Part shown: piece after piece, positions 23,270-32,771 of the stretch
Layout of the letters: the number at the start of each line of letters is the position of its first letter
Numbering within the stretch: position 1 is the stretch's first letter
Assembly: GCA_016205905.1 (NCBI GenBank)
Contig: JACQSP010000031.1
Location: forward strand, 1-32,875
DNA: 32,875 bases
Source: Candidatus Woesearchaeota archaeon
Lineage (GTDB): Archaea > Nanobdellota > Nanobdellia > Woesearchaeales > DSVV01
Direction of reading: 5' to 3'
Program-made: the position numbers and the translations under genes
Notes under the pieces: generated by a model
Database searches by the model: none
The model's input: the letters and a program-made list of their open reading frames with translations, nothing else
What the model was told of the DNA's origin: nothing

Positions 23270-26200
23270 CTATCCAGGACCACTACCTCCGCCGCCTGAA
23301 GATGATGCTGGTTTTTCCATCGGAGCAGTAGATTCGCTCTTACACATATTAGTTTGGTCATTAGTATCTGCACAAGCATCACCTATATAATTCCCTTCAG
23401 CATCGCAGAATTCTCGACAAGTTTTGCCTTCTTCACAAGTTATTATATCATATTCAGGATAAATTTTTTCACCTTCTGGTGTTAAAGCCATACAATATAA
23501 CTCCCCTACTTTAGAATCCCATTTACAATGATCAAATTCGGACTCAGTATCGCCAAATTCAGAAGTGAAAGTTACTTTACCTGGTACGTTTGGATCCTTA
23601 CCATCATCAGTATCTTCACATTTCATTTCAGTAACTGGCTGTTGGCATATATCTTTCCAATCATTGCATTTCATTCCATAATCATTGCAGTCAATTAATT
23701 TTCCTGCAAGTTCATTTCCTTCACAATAAGTTTCGTAAAGCATAGTGTTAACAATATCATAATTTCCTTTATCACAATTATCTCCACTCATATCTTCAAA
23801 CCCAAATTCATTTGTGTAAATATTCTTGCCCTCTATGAATGGATCATCCGGCGCAGATTCAATCGGATCATTAGTGCAACTTTTTAATGACTCATCTTTT
23901 ACTAAACACTTTCCATTATAACAAACCTTGCCTTGCTCTTTGCAATTGATGACGTCATAAGCAAGATTATTTTCATCGCATTTGTAATTAAGGAGAATGT
24001 CTGTTTCTTGAGGAGTATATCCTACATTAGGAATATCTTCTATATCCTCTTCTTCAATACAATTATTTGAGAAATAATCTGTGTAACCAAACTCATTTGT
24101 ATATATCATCACCTGCCATTCCTCGCCTTCATTTTGGATTTCGCAGGATTTAAGGCTTTCATCAGGCATGACACATTTTCCGTTATAACATTTCATATCA
24201 TAATCAGCGCAGTTAATCAACACTTCCTGTTGTGTATTTCCATCACAATAAGATTCTGATAATAGTTCTTCATTTTCACAATAATCATTGTAACCATCTT
24301 CTTCACCAAAACCATTAGTGTATAAAGTTATGCCCTTTACAAAGGGATTTTTATTATCTTCTTCAGGCTGAGTTTCTTGCGATTCTTGCTGCGGTTCTGA
24401 TTGTGTTTGATTTGTGGTTTCACCAGCTGTTTCAGTAGTTTCTATAGCAACAGCAACCTCAACCTTAGGCACTGCAATATCTTCGCATTTAACTAAGCTA
24501 GTATCCTCAACCAAACATTCTCCTTTATAGCATTTCTTTCCTTCTACAGTGCAGTCAGTTATGCTGTAAGCAGGCTCATTTCCATTGCAATAAAATTGTG
24601 CCAGATAATTGCTTTCTTTTTCCCAGTTAAATGCCTCAATACTTGACACTTCATTAGTTTCACTGCATTCAAATTCAGCATCCTGTTCTTCGTCGCCAAA
24701 TTCATTAGTGTAATGAATAACATTCTCACCTTTTTTTTCAAACATATCGCATGACTTCAAACTTTCATCAACAACCACGCATCTACCATCATAGCAAGCC
24801 ATACCTTCTGAAGAGCAGTCGTAAGGCTCTGTCATCTTAAGCTCATCTCCATTGCAATAAAATTCTACTAATAGATTTGAATTTTCATTTTTTGAGTCTT
24901 TAATACAAAAATCATCATTATAATCTTCCAAGTTATATGCATTGACAGAATGAGTAACGCCATATTCATAAAAATTTAATCCATTATCTCCGCCATCTTC
25001 ACACACCATTAAGCTAGGATCAGGATAAGTGCACACACCATTTGCGCACATAGCTGCGCCATTTTCATTTTGATATTGGGTGCAGTCTGTAGTGCTTGCT
25101 TCGGGATAATTATTTTTTCCTGCTGAAAATTGTTGAACCTCATAATTTTTCCAGAGGCAATCATCATTATACTCTTCAGTTTCTCCGTTTAATTTAATAA
25201 ATAATCCAGTGCCATATACAAAAGGGTCATTATCTGGATCAGAATCCTCAAACTCATTTGTTTTGTCTGTTTTAACGCATTTTCCGTCTTTGCAGACTGC
25301 ATTTTCATAGAAACAACTTAACACATCGGATTCAGCTAATTCATCATTTTTGCAATAGTATTCTAATAAATATTCTTCATTTTTACATACATCTTTTAGT
25401 TTCATTTTTTCGCCGTCAATAGATGTGTAATCAACCTCACCATAAGTAAATATGCTTTTCATGCCTTCTTTATCCTGACAATTAAGATAATTGTTTTCAA
25501 TCAGCACGCATTTTCCATCCTTGCATTTAGCATCTAATAACGTGCAATCAATAACTTTTTCTCCCTGCGGATATACATAAAGGCCATTATCTAACTTATA
25601 AATTGGTGAAATACAGTATTGTTCATAAAGATAAACTTGATTATCAAAATCGCCGTACTTGTTGCACTGGTCTTTGTCATTATAAGCCTGGCTGGTATAA
25701 ATCCAGTTAATATCTCCGCTTTTCCAATAATTTTTTCCGTCATCTGTATCAAAACACCATGTGTTACAAATATTTTCTTCAGAGAAATCATTAGGCGTGT
25801 AATAATAATTGTCACCGAAATAAACTGTTTGGGATTTTTCATTGTTGTCCTCACCGCCTGCTCCAACTGCATCTTCTTCAGTACTATCTGAGGTTTCCTC
25901 AATATCATTCCCCGTATCTAGCACTATTGACACTTCATGGCTTTCTCCTAAAGTGCCAAATTTAAGGATGTTTGTTTTTGTAGGGTTTTTGACGAGGACA
26001 CATTCTCCCATATTAATTGGCTGCTCCTCTGCATCATAAGTAAATACAGACTTCTCGCTGTTCGCATATACAGCTATCTTGAAATTATCCTTTACATCTG
26101 CGTTTCCTTGATTGCATATTTCAAACTCAAAAAAGTTAACGCATGCCTCGCTTACAACATTTTCATTTATCTTGCCAATTACTAAATCAGGCAATAATGG

Positions 26201-27049
26201 CTCGTTTTTGCATTCTTTGTCACATCCATCACCATTAAGATTATTCCCATCATCGCATTCTTCTCCAATAAGATTTACTAAACCATCACCGCAGATTTTT
26301 AGAATACAAGCGCCTTTTATGCAAACATAATCTTCATCGCCAAAAATCTCTCTGCAGTCGAGCATTTGCGCAGGCTGCATTTGCGCAGGCAGTCCTGTTT
26401 TGCTGTCGCAATACGCTTCGTAAATATAAGGCATTCCATCTTTTTTGCATGTATCATATTCGACAACACATTCTTCTTTTATTTCATCATATTCTCCTGC
26501 ATACATATCTATCCAGTATCCAAAAGCACCAGAAGCTATTTTTAAGTCATCACCTGTTGGGTCAATACATGATTTCGCAAAAAGGTTTTGTTCAGTTATT
26601 TTAGAATATGCCTCATCTTTTGCTAATGAACAATACATTTCCTTTTCCTTTTGAATTTTTATTTTATTTATCCGATTTATTTTATCCTTAATTCTACTAT
26701 TGGTAGATTCTCTTGTTACCTTTTCTTTTATTCTGGTCGACATTGCGGTTTGTGTTTCTATAGCTTTTTTTCCGCCCTGACTCATTTGGTTAATCATCTT
26801 TATGACCATATCAGCAATGGAAGGAGTATTTTCTTCGTCTCTTTTAGAGTCTTGCTCATACTTCTGAGCATTTGATGCCATCATTATTACTTTTCTCGCC
26901 ATTCCAGCGAGGTTTGAGTTATTAGATATAATGTTGGATATAAGGATAAAGAGGGAGGATAAAACTAGCAAAATTATTAAAATAATTACAATGGTTAATA
27001 CGAGATTATGTCTTCTTTTTATGTAACTCATAACATTCTTTTTTTTCAT
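23270..27049 (-). CDS. Giant secreted/surface cysteine-rich modular protein (1259 aa)
   Basis: AAGGTGA SD. N-terminal signal-anchor LVLTIVIILIILLVLSSLFILI. CGDGLVNLIGEECDDGNNLNGDGCDKEC (Myxococcus-type Cys-rich repeat/DUF4215-like). A CARDB-like beta domain (PDLVIGKINE...FEFEICNQGN). About nine Cys-rich modules ending C-x-(D/N)G-x-C-(V/L). Confidence 0.85.
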   Translation of the reverse strand: MKKKNVMSYIKRRHNLVLTIVIILIILLVLSSLFILISNIISNNSNLAGMARKVIMMASNAQKYEQDSKRDEENTPSIADMVIKMINQMSQGGKKAIETQTAMSTRIKEKVTRESTNSRIKDKINRINKIKIQKEKEMYCSLAKDEAYSKITEQNLFAKSCIDPTGDDLKIASGAFGYWIDMYAGEYDEIKEECVVEYDTCKKDGMPYIYEAYCDSKTGLPAQMQPAQMLDCREIFGDEDYVCIKGACILKICGDGLVNLIGEECDDGNNLNGDGCDKECKNEPLLPDLVIGKINENVVSEACVNFFEFEICNQGNADVKDNFKIAVYANSEKSVFTYDAEEQPINMGECVLVKNPTKTNILKFGTLGESHEVSIVLDTGNDIEETSDSTEEDAVGAGGEDNNEKSQTVYFGDNYYYTPNDFSEENICNTWCFDTDDGKNYWKSGDINWIYTSQAYNDKDQCNKYGDFDNQVYLYEQYCISPIYKLDNGLYVYPQGEKVIDCTLLDAKCKDGKCVLIENNYLNCQDKEGMKSIFTYGEVDYTSIDGEKMKLKDVCKNEEYLLEYYCKNDELAESDVLSCFYENAVCKDGKCVKTDKTNEFEDSDPDNDPFVYGTGLFIKLNGETEEYNDDCLWKNYEVQQFSAGKNNYPEASTTDCTQYQNENGAAMCANGVCTYPDPSLMVCEDGGDNGLNFYEYGVTHSVNAYNLEDYNDDFCIKDSKNENSNLLVEFYCNGDELKMTEPYDCSSEGMACYDGRCVVVDESLKSCDMFEKKGENVIHYTNEFGDEEQDAEFECSETNEVSSIEAFNWEKESNYLAQFYCNGNEPAYSITDCTVEGKKCYKGECLVEDTSLVKCEDIAVPKVEVAVAIETTETAGETTNQTQSEPQQESQETQPEEDNKNPFVKGITLYTNGFGEEDGYNDYCENEELLSESYCDGNTQQEVLINCADYDMKCYNGKCVMPDESLKSCEIQNEGEEWQVMIYTNEFGYTDYFSNNCIEEEDIEDIPNVGYTPQETDILLNYKCDENNLAYDVINCKEQGKVCYNGKCLVKDESLKSCTNDPIESAPDDPFIEGKNIYTNEFGFEDMSGDNCDKGNYDIVNTMLYETYCEGNELAGKLIDCNDYGMKCNDWKDICQQPVTEMKCEDTDDGKDPNVPGKVTFTSEFGDTESEFDHCKWDSKVGELYCMALTPEGEKIYPEYDIITCEEGKTCREFCDAEGNYIGDACADTNDQTNMCKSESTAPMEKPASSSGGGGSGPG
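23345..25768 (-). repeat. In-frame tandem array of ~60-75-aa cysteine-rich modules within the 1259-aa gene
   Basis: Recurring pattern ...YTNEFG...D.C...L.E.YC.GNE(L/P)A...DC...G.(K/V)CY.G.C(V/L)..DESLKSC, in 9-10 copies. Interrupted by a T/E/Q-rich linker at 24350-24475. Confidence 0.6.
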
Positions 27050-27086
27050 TCATTCACCTTAAATTTATAGTCCGCCTCCTAATAAT

Positions 27087-29591
27087 CTAAGTTTTACTGG
27101 TTGATAATTCTAACTCCTCAATCTTAATACATTCACCATCTTGACAAACCTTACCTTCTGCACATTCATTAATAATATATGCTAAATTATTTTCGTTGCA
27201 GGATATTTCTGCAATGTACTTATTCATGTAAGCAGAGTCAAACACTTCTTTGCTTTCACTGCATTCAAATTCATTGTACCACATATCATCACCAAATTCA
27301 TTAACATAATTAATGGTTGTTTCACCATTTTCTTCATCATCAATTACTTCACAAAACTTCTGGCTTTCATCAACATTTACACATTTTCCATAATGGCAAA
27401 CCATGCTTTCCTGTGAGCAGTCATAAGGCTCAGTCATCTTAAGCTCATTGCCATTACAATAAAATTCTACCAACAAGTTGGTGTTTTGTTCTACATTATC
27501 GCTTTCACTTGTATCTTCAACACAATAATCATAAGCATAATCTTTCATACCATATTCATTTACAGAATCAATATCCCCTAAATTATAATAATCTAATCCA
27601 TTATCACCTTCTTCTTCACAGCTCTTTAAAGAAGGGTTCGGATATGTACACACAGCATTTGCGCAAAGAGCAACACCAAATTCATTTGTGTATTGTGTAC
27701 AATCAATCTCTGTAGAATAAAGGTTATTATTTTGGTCAAGAGAATATTCAATTAATTTGTAATAATTCCATGAACAGAAATCTTCGCTGCCGGCAACAAA
27801 AGGATCATTCTCTGTATCTTCAGTCTTTGAGCCGTCTTTATTGTCAGGTTGCTCATCAGGTGGTTCAGATAATTCTACACATTTCCCATTTATACAAACA
27901 CCTTTTTCTGAGAAACAATCATATTCTTTAACATTAACAAGCTCATCATCTTTACAATAATATTCTTTTACATATTGATAGTCAATACATTCATCCTTTA
28001 ATAGCATCTTTTTTCCGTCAATAGAAGTATAATCCACTTCGCCATAAGTAAATGCATCCTGCCCTCCTTCCAAATCTTTACAGTTAAGATTATTTTCTTC
28101 AATAGGCACGCATTTACCATCTTCGCATTTCGCATCCATTACTGTACAGTCAACTTTTTTCTCGCCGTGAGGATAAACATAAAGGCCACTGTCTAATTGG
28201 AATATTGGTGAAATACAATACTGCTCCCAAAGAAAGACTTTATTATCAAAATTTCCTGTTTCGCAAGTATCTTCCATATTATTACTCATTCCAATATACA
28301 GCCAGTTTGCTGTTCCCTTATTCCAGTAATCTTTTCCATTATCAGTATCAAAACACCAGTTATCACAAATATTTTCTTCTGAAACGTCATTTGGTTTAGA
28401 ATAATAATTATCTCCAAAATAAATCTCTTGAGATTTTATATTATTATCCTCGTCTATCTCAGCAATATTATTGTCAACATCAATACTAAATATTACTTCA
28501 TATGTATCTCCAAGCTGGCCAAACTGCTGTATACTCATTTTTTGGGGATTTTTTACATTGACACATTCTCCTGCCTCAATCGTCTGTTCTTTGGAATTGT
28601 AAGAAAATGTTGAGCTTTTCCCATTCGCTTCAACATTAATGTTGAAATCTTTTGTTACAGTATCTTCTCCATAATTGCATATTTCAAACACAAAAGAATT
28701 AATGCAATTCTCGCTTAAGGCAATCTCATTTATCTTTCCTATGACTAAATCAACATTTGAAGATTCAACCTCAACCACAACTTCTGTTTTGCATTCTTCA
28801 TCGCAACCATCACCTGCAATGTTATTTCCGTCGTCGCATTCCTCTTCAACACCATCTATTACATTAACCAAACCATCGCCGCATTTCTTCATGACACAGG
28901 CGCCTTTAATGCATACATAATTTTCATCGCCAAACATATCCCTGCAATCTATCAAATTAGGTGAAAGTGTTGGCAGTTCTGTAACACTGTCGCAGTATGC
29001 TTCATAAAGATAAGGCAATCCTTCTTCTTTGCAGGTATCATACTCAACAAGGCATTCTTCTTTTTGCGGCTTGTCATAAGTATTAATCCAGTATCCAAAA
29101 GCACCAGAAGCAACCTTTAAATTATTATTTAATGGATTCACGCATACTTTTGAGAAAAGATTGTTTGTACTTATTTTTTTAGAAGCCTCTTCTTTCAATA
29201 CTGCACATATCTGCTCTTTTATTTCTTGTTTCTTTTTTTTCTCCTTTTCTTTATTTGACTTTTCTAATAGCTCGTTACGATTAAATTTGTCTAAAGCTCT
29301 TCTTTTTTCTTTGTCAGCTTCAAATGTGTTTTTATTGTAATTAGAAATACCTGTTTGTTTATCATTAATAAAAGTATTTGACTTTGTATATTTTTTTTCA
29401 GAATCTGTTGCTTTATGTTGACTGTTGTATGAAGAATAAGCAGGCAACATTTTTCTTGCAAAACCAGTAAGGTCTATTTTATTCTCTAAAACAAAAGAAC
29501 TGATTACAGCGCCGAATAATACGATTACAACAAAAGCTATGAAAATTAAATCTCTTCTTTTAAATCGTATTTTAGCAGGATATTTCATCAA
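27087..29591 (-). CDS. Giant secreted/surface cysteine-rich modular protein (834 aa), paralog of the 1259-aa protein
   Basis: Signal-anchor LIFIAFVVIVLFGAVISSFVL. The same ASGAFGYWI...YDTCK...YEAYCDS...CGDGLVN...EECDDGNN..GDGCDEEC block, CARDB-like domain, and 5 Cys-rich modules. Block NLLVEFYCNG(D/N)ELKMTEPYDCS is identical in both paralogs. Confidence 0.85.
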   Translation of the reverse strand: MMKYPAKIRFKRRDLIFIAFVVIVLFGAVISSFVLENKIDLTGFARKMLPAYSSYNSQHKATDSEKKYTKSNTFINDKQTGISNYNKNTFEADKEKRRALDKFNRNELLEKSNKEKEKKKKQEIKEQICAVLKEEASKKISTNNLFSKVCVNPLNNNLKVASGAFGYWINTYDKPQKEECLVEYDTCKEEGLPYLYEAYCDSVTELPTLSPNLIDCRDMFGDENYVCIKGACVMKKCGDGLVNVIDGVEEECDDGNNIAGDGCDEECKTEVVVEVESSNVDLVIGKINEIALSENCINSFVFEICNYGEDTVTKDFNINVEANGKSSTFSYNSKEQTIEAGECVNVKNPQKMSIQQFGQLGDTYEVIFSIDVDNNIAEIDEDNNIKSQEIYFGDNYYSKPNDVSEENICDNWCFDTDNGKDYWNKGTANWLYIGMSNNMEDTCETGNFDNKVFLWEQYCISPIFQLDSGLYVYPHGEKKVDCTVMDAKCEDGKCVPIEENNLNCKDLEGGQDAFTYGEVDYTSIDGKKMLLKDECIDYQYVKEYYCKDDELVNVKEYDCFSEKGVCINGKCVELSEPPDEQPDNKDGSKTEDTENDPFVAGSEDFCSWNYYKLIEYSLDQNNNLYSTEIDCTQYTNEFGVALCANAVCTYPNPSLKSCEEEGDNGLDYYNLGDIDSVNEYGMKDYAYDYCVEDTSESDNVEQNTNLLVEFYCNGNELKMTEPYDCSQESMVCHYGKCVNVDESQKFCEVIDDEENGETTINYVNEFGDDMWYNEFECSESKEVFDSAYMNKYIAEISCNENNLAYIINECAEGKVCQDGECIKIEELELSTSKT

Positions 29592-29689
29592 AACCCTCTT
29601 TTTTAAGCAAATATATAATTATTAGAAATGGATATATATATGTATTACTATTTTTAAAGAATTTTCAAAGAAATCAGTTTATAATAGAA

Positions 29690-29884
29690 TCAGCTTACAA
29701 ACACAAAATACAATATTGTTAAAGAACCCCACATCTTAAACCTTAAGCCCCAGTCACCAAAGAATAACACCGCAAGCATAGATATTATGAAAACTAATGT
29801 AAGCCCCATATTGTTATGTTTAGAACACTCTTCTTTGCAAACTCTTTCATAAACCATGCCCATTGCAGGATATAAATTAGTCAT
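29690..29884 (-). CDS. Small membrane protein (64 aa) upstream of the giant-protein genes
   Basis: Strong SD GGGGAGGT 7-8 nt upstream of ATG. One or two predicted TM segments (LTLVFIISMLAVLFFGDWGL, WGSLTILYFVFV). Confidence 0.55.
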   Translation of the reverse strand: MTNLYPAMGMVYERVCKEECSKHNNMGLTLVFIISMLAVLFFGDWGLRFKMWGSLTILYFVFVS

Positions 29885-30213
29885 ATTATACCTCCCCTTT
29901 ATCAGGAATTAAGGAATTTAATAGCTTTTAAATAGTAAAATTAATGTAATCTCTCTTTTGGTTACAGATATAAGTTAAATGTGATCCTAAGACAAAAATA
30001 AAAAGATTAATTGTGATTAATGTATTAATGTAATCTTAAATCTTCTGACTGCCCCTACAAAAGTAATATGGTTGAAATATTATATATATCTTGTCCTTAT
30101 AATTTATATAACCTGTGAAAATGGAGCCTTACTCATGATATTATATTCTAAGCCACAATTAAAATTATATTGACCACAATATTTATTAAAAGAGCATATA
30201 AATGCATTAATCT

Positions 30214-31098
30214 ATGCTTTGGCTAATACTAGGATTAATCTGCGCATTTTTTTATGCATTATATCATTTGGCTAATAAAAAGTATATAAAAAATGCTGAT
30301 GCTACTTATTTTGCATTTTGCGGCATATTAATGACTGCAATTATCACTCTGCCTTTGTTACCATTATTATGGTCAAGGTTTGTGTTTAACTGGACTGTTA
30401 TTATCTCTTTTTTTATTGTGGGAATAATGGTAGTTATTACAAGACAATTGTATATGCATTCAATAAAGATAGAAGATGTTTCTATAACAACACCATTGTT
30501 AACAATAACACCATTATTTACTTTGATTCTTGGGATGGTATGGATTAAGGAATTTCCATCTTATATTGGGATTATAGGAATTGTTCTTTTAGTAACAGGA
30601 ACTTATTTCTTAAACTACAAAAGAAGAAAAGATGGACTTTTAGAGCCATTCAAGCTAATATTCAGAAACAAAGGCTCGTTATATATGTTTATTGTTGCAT
30701 TTATTTTTGGCATTGGCTCTATAATGGACAAGTTTATCATAAATAACTCTAATTATATTACTCATGTATTGATTTACAATTATTTTGTTATTCCGGTATT
30801 CGTTGCTTATCTTCTATTTAAAGAGAAACCGTCTTCATTTATCTCTAAAACAAAAAATATATTCAAAACTAATTGGAAAGGGTTGTTAATTACAACACTT
30901 ATTTATTTTGGAGTAATGTTATCATATGTGATTGCGATAAGTTTAACTTATACTGTTTATATTATATCACTAAAAAGAGTTTCAGCAATTTTCACTATAA
31001 TTATGGCTTATTTTTTATTTAAAGAAAAAAAGAATTTCTGGCACATTCTTTTCGGCACAGTGCTTATGGTTCTAGGTGTTGTGTTGATAGTTATATGA
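30214..31098 (+). CDS. EamA/DMT-superfamily transporter (10 TM)
   Basis: Two EamA-like halves of about 5 TM helices each; hydrophobic throughout. The ending LFKEKKNFWHILFGTVLMVLGVVLIV is typical of the family. Confidence 0.8.
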   Translation: MLWLILGLICAFFYALYHLANKKYIKNADATYFAFCGILMTAIITLPLLPLLWSRFVFNWTVIISFFIVGIMVVITRQLYMHSIKIEDVSITTPLLTITPLFTLILGMVWIKEFPSYIGIIGIVLLVTGTYFLNYKRRKDGLLEPFKLIFRNKGSLYMFIVAFIFGIGSIMDKFIINNSNYITHVLIYNYFVIPVFVAYLLFKEKPSSFISKTKNIFKTNWKGLLITTLIYFGVMLSYVIAISLTYTVYIISLKRVSAIFTIIMAYFLFKEKKNFWHILFGTVLMVLGVVLIVI

Positions 31099-31187
31099 TT
31101 TGCTGTTAATATGTGGCGAATGACATTTGTTTGGCTGAGGTTCTGTTTCTCAATCTTCTTTATATCTTTTTTTCGCTCTCAATCCTG

Positions 31188-31360
31188 TTTTCCGCTCACA
31201 ACTCGTTCGTGGGACGAAGTCCACCGTACCATGAAAAAAAACTGTTTGTCGTAAGTCGTTTGTCGTCTGTCGTAAACGGAAAAACAAAAAACGCAAAAAA
31301 CTGCTGACGACAAACGACCTACGGCTAACGGCTTACTCGCTCTTGGCTGCGCCCAGGAAC
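31188..31360 (+). repeat. Gene-3'-end composite structured element, copy 3 (complete)
   Basis: TTTCCGCTCACAAC, GGGACGAAGTCCACCGTACCATGAAAAAAAACTGTTTG, a rod with a 13-bp perfect pair GTCGTTTGTCGTC (31255-31267) / GACGACAAACGAC (31306-31318), and terminal GGCTGCGCCCAGGAAC (31345-31360). Confidence 0.65.
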
Positions 31361-31369
31361 TATATAAAA
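31361..31369 (+). promoter_or_regulatory. TATA-box candidate for purA, directly abutting the repeat element
   Basis: TATATAAAA. purA then has a ~55-nt leader with a GAGGTG SD 6 nt upstream of the ATG at 31445. Confidence 0.4.
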
Positions 31370-31444
31370 AGAACAATTAGATAGTTCAGAACAACAAACT
31401 ATTAAAACCTTCGCAGTTTCCTGAGGTTTGCAGAGGTGTTAAAT

Positions 31445-32746
31445 ATGCCAAATATTCTTGTAGTGGGCTCGCAGTGGGGAGACGAAGGAAAAGGCAAGAT
31501 AGTAGATTTCTTATCAAATGATGCAACTGTTGTTGTAAGATATCAAGGCGGTGCCAACGCAGGCCATACTTTGGTAATCAGTGGAAAAAAATATGTTCTT
31601 CACTTAATCCCTTCGGGCATTCTAAATAAAAAAATTTGTGTACTTGGCCAGGGCATGGTAGTTGATTATAACGAATTCATTAAAGAGATAAGTGAACTAT
31701 CTAAATTAGGTATAAGCACCACCCCTGAAAATGTAATTCTTGATGAAAATGCTCATTTGATATTACCATATCATTTGATAATTGACGCGATTACTGGCAA
31801 AGAAATAGGGACAACTGGAAGAGGCATTGGCCCTGCATATATTGATAAAATAGCAAGAAAAGGTATTAGGGCAAAAGATGTCGGAAGTATGGGTTTAGAA
31901 GAAAAAATAAATAAAAATGTAGGATATAGAAATCATCAAATTAATTTTTATTTAACAGATGAGATTACAAGAAGAGAAACAATCAGAACTCTTTGTAGAA
32001 AAAATCCATTTTTAGAGCAATTTATAGATGACAATTGTTATATTGATGCAAAAAAGGTTTATAATGATTTAATGGAAAAGAAACAATTATTCAGTCTGTT
32101 TATAAGAGATGCTAAGCCAATTTTAATTGAGGCTGCAAGTAGATGTTCTTTGTTGGCTGAAGGAGCGCAGGGCATTCATCTTGACATTGATAATGGATCA
32201 TATCCCTATGTTACATCATCAAACACAGGTATTGGCGGAGCATTAAATGGGCTTGGCATTTATGTTGACTTTGATTATAGAATAGGAATAGCAAAAGCTT
32301 ACACTACAAGAGTGGGAGAAGGGCCTTTCCCGACTGAATTAAATAATCCTCTTGGAGAAGAATTAAGGCAAAAAGGCGGAGAATTTGGAGCAACAACAGG
32401 AAGGCCAAGAAGATGCGGCTGGTTAGATTTAGAAGTCCTGAAAAAATCCATATTAGCAAGCGGCATTAATTATATTGCAATGACTAAGATTGATGTACTA
32501 AGCAGCTTAAATTCAATTCCTGTTTGCGTTGGTTATAACAAATCAGAAGGCGCATCAGAACAACCATGTTATGAATACCAGAACGGATGGAACCAAGATA
32601 TAAGCAATGCTAAAACATTTGATGAATTGCCAACAAATTGTCAAAAATATGTTAAAAAAATTGAAGAACTATTGAAAACTAAGATTGGCATAGTAAGTGT
32701 AGGTGCAGATAGAGATAAGACAATTGTCATAAAAGAATTAAATTAA
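31445..32746 (+). CDS. purA: Adenylosuccinate synthetase
   Basis: P-loop GSQWGDEGKGKIVD, GGANAGHT, TTGRGIGPAY, GAQGIHLDIDNGSYPYVTSS and GATTGRPRRCGWLD. Start placed at the ATG with SD, rather than the GTG at 31436. Confidence 0.92.
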   Translation: MPNILVVGSQWGDEGKGKIVDFLSNDATVVVRYQGGANAGHTLVISGKKYVLHLIPSGILNKKICVLGQGMVVDYNEFIKEISELSKLGISTTPENVILDENAHLILPYHLIIDAITGKEIGTTGRGIGPAYIDKIARKGIRAKDVGSMGLEEKINKNVGYRNHQINFYLTDEITRRETIRTLCRKNPFLEQFIDDNCYIDAKKVYNDLMEKKQLFSLFIRDAKPILIEAASRCSLLAEGAQGIHLDIDNGSYPYVTSSNTGIGGALNGLGIYVDFDYRIGIAKAYTTRVGEGPFPTELNNPLGEELRQKGGEFGATTGRPRRCGWLDLEVLKKSILASGINYIAMTKIDVLSSLNSIPVCVGYNKSEGASEQPCYEYQNGWNQDISNAKTFDELPTNCQKYVKKIEELLKTKIGIVSVGADRDKTIVIKELN

Positions 32747-32771
32747 TAAGATTTGTTTAGCATTAATGTTC

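Noticed and set aside
23270-29591. Diversity-generating retroelement targeting the giant surface proteins
   Set aside because: There is no reverse transcriptase gene and no template/variable repeat pair with adenine-specific differences in this window.
31188-31360. Retron-like msr/msd, or a transposon-associated guide RNA, as the explanation for the constant-arm/variable-hairpin elements
   Set aside because: No reverse transcriptase, TnpB/IscB or recombinase gene lies next to any of the four copies. The idea cannot be supported from this window.
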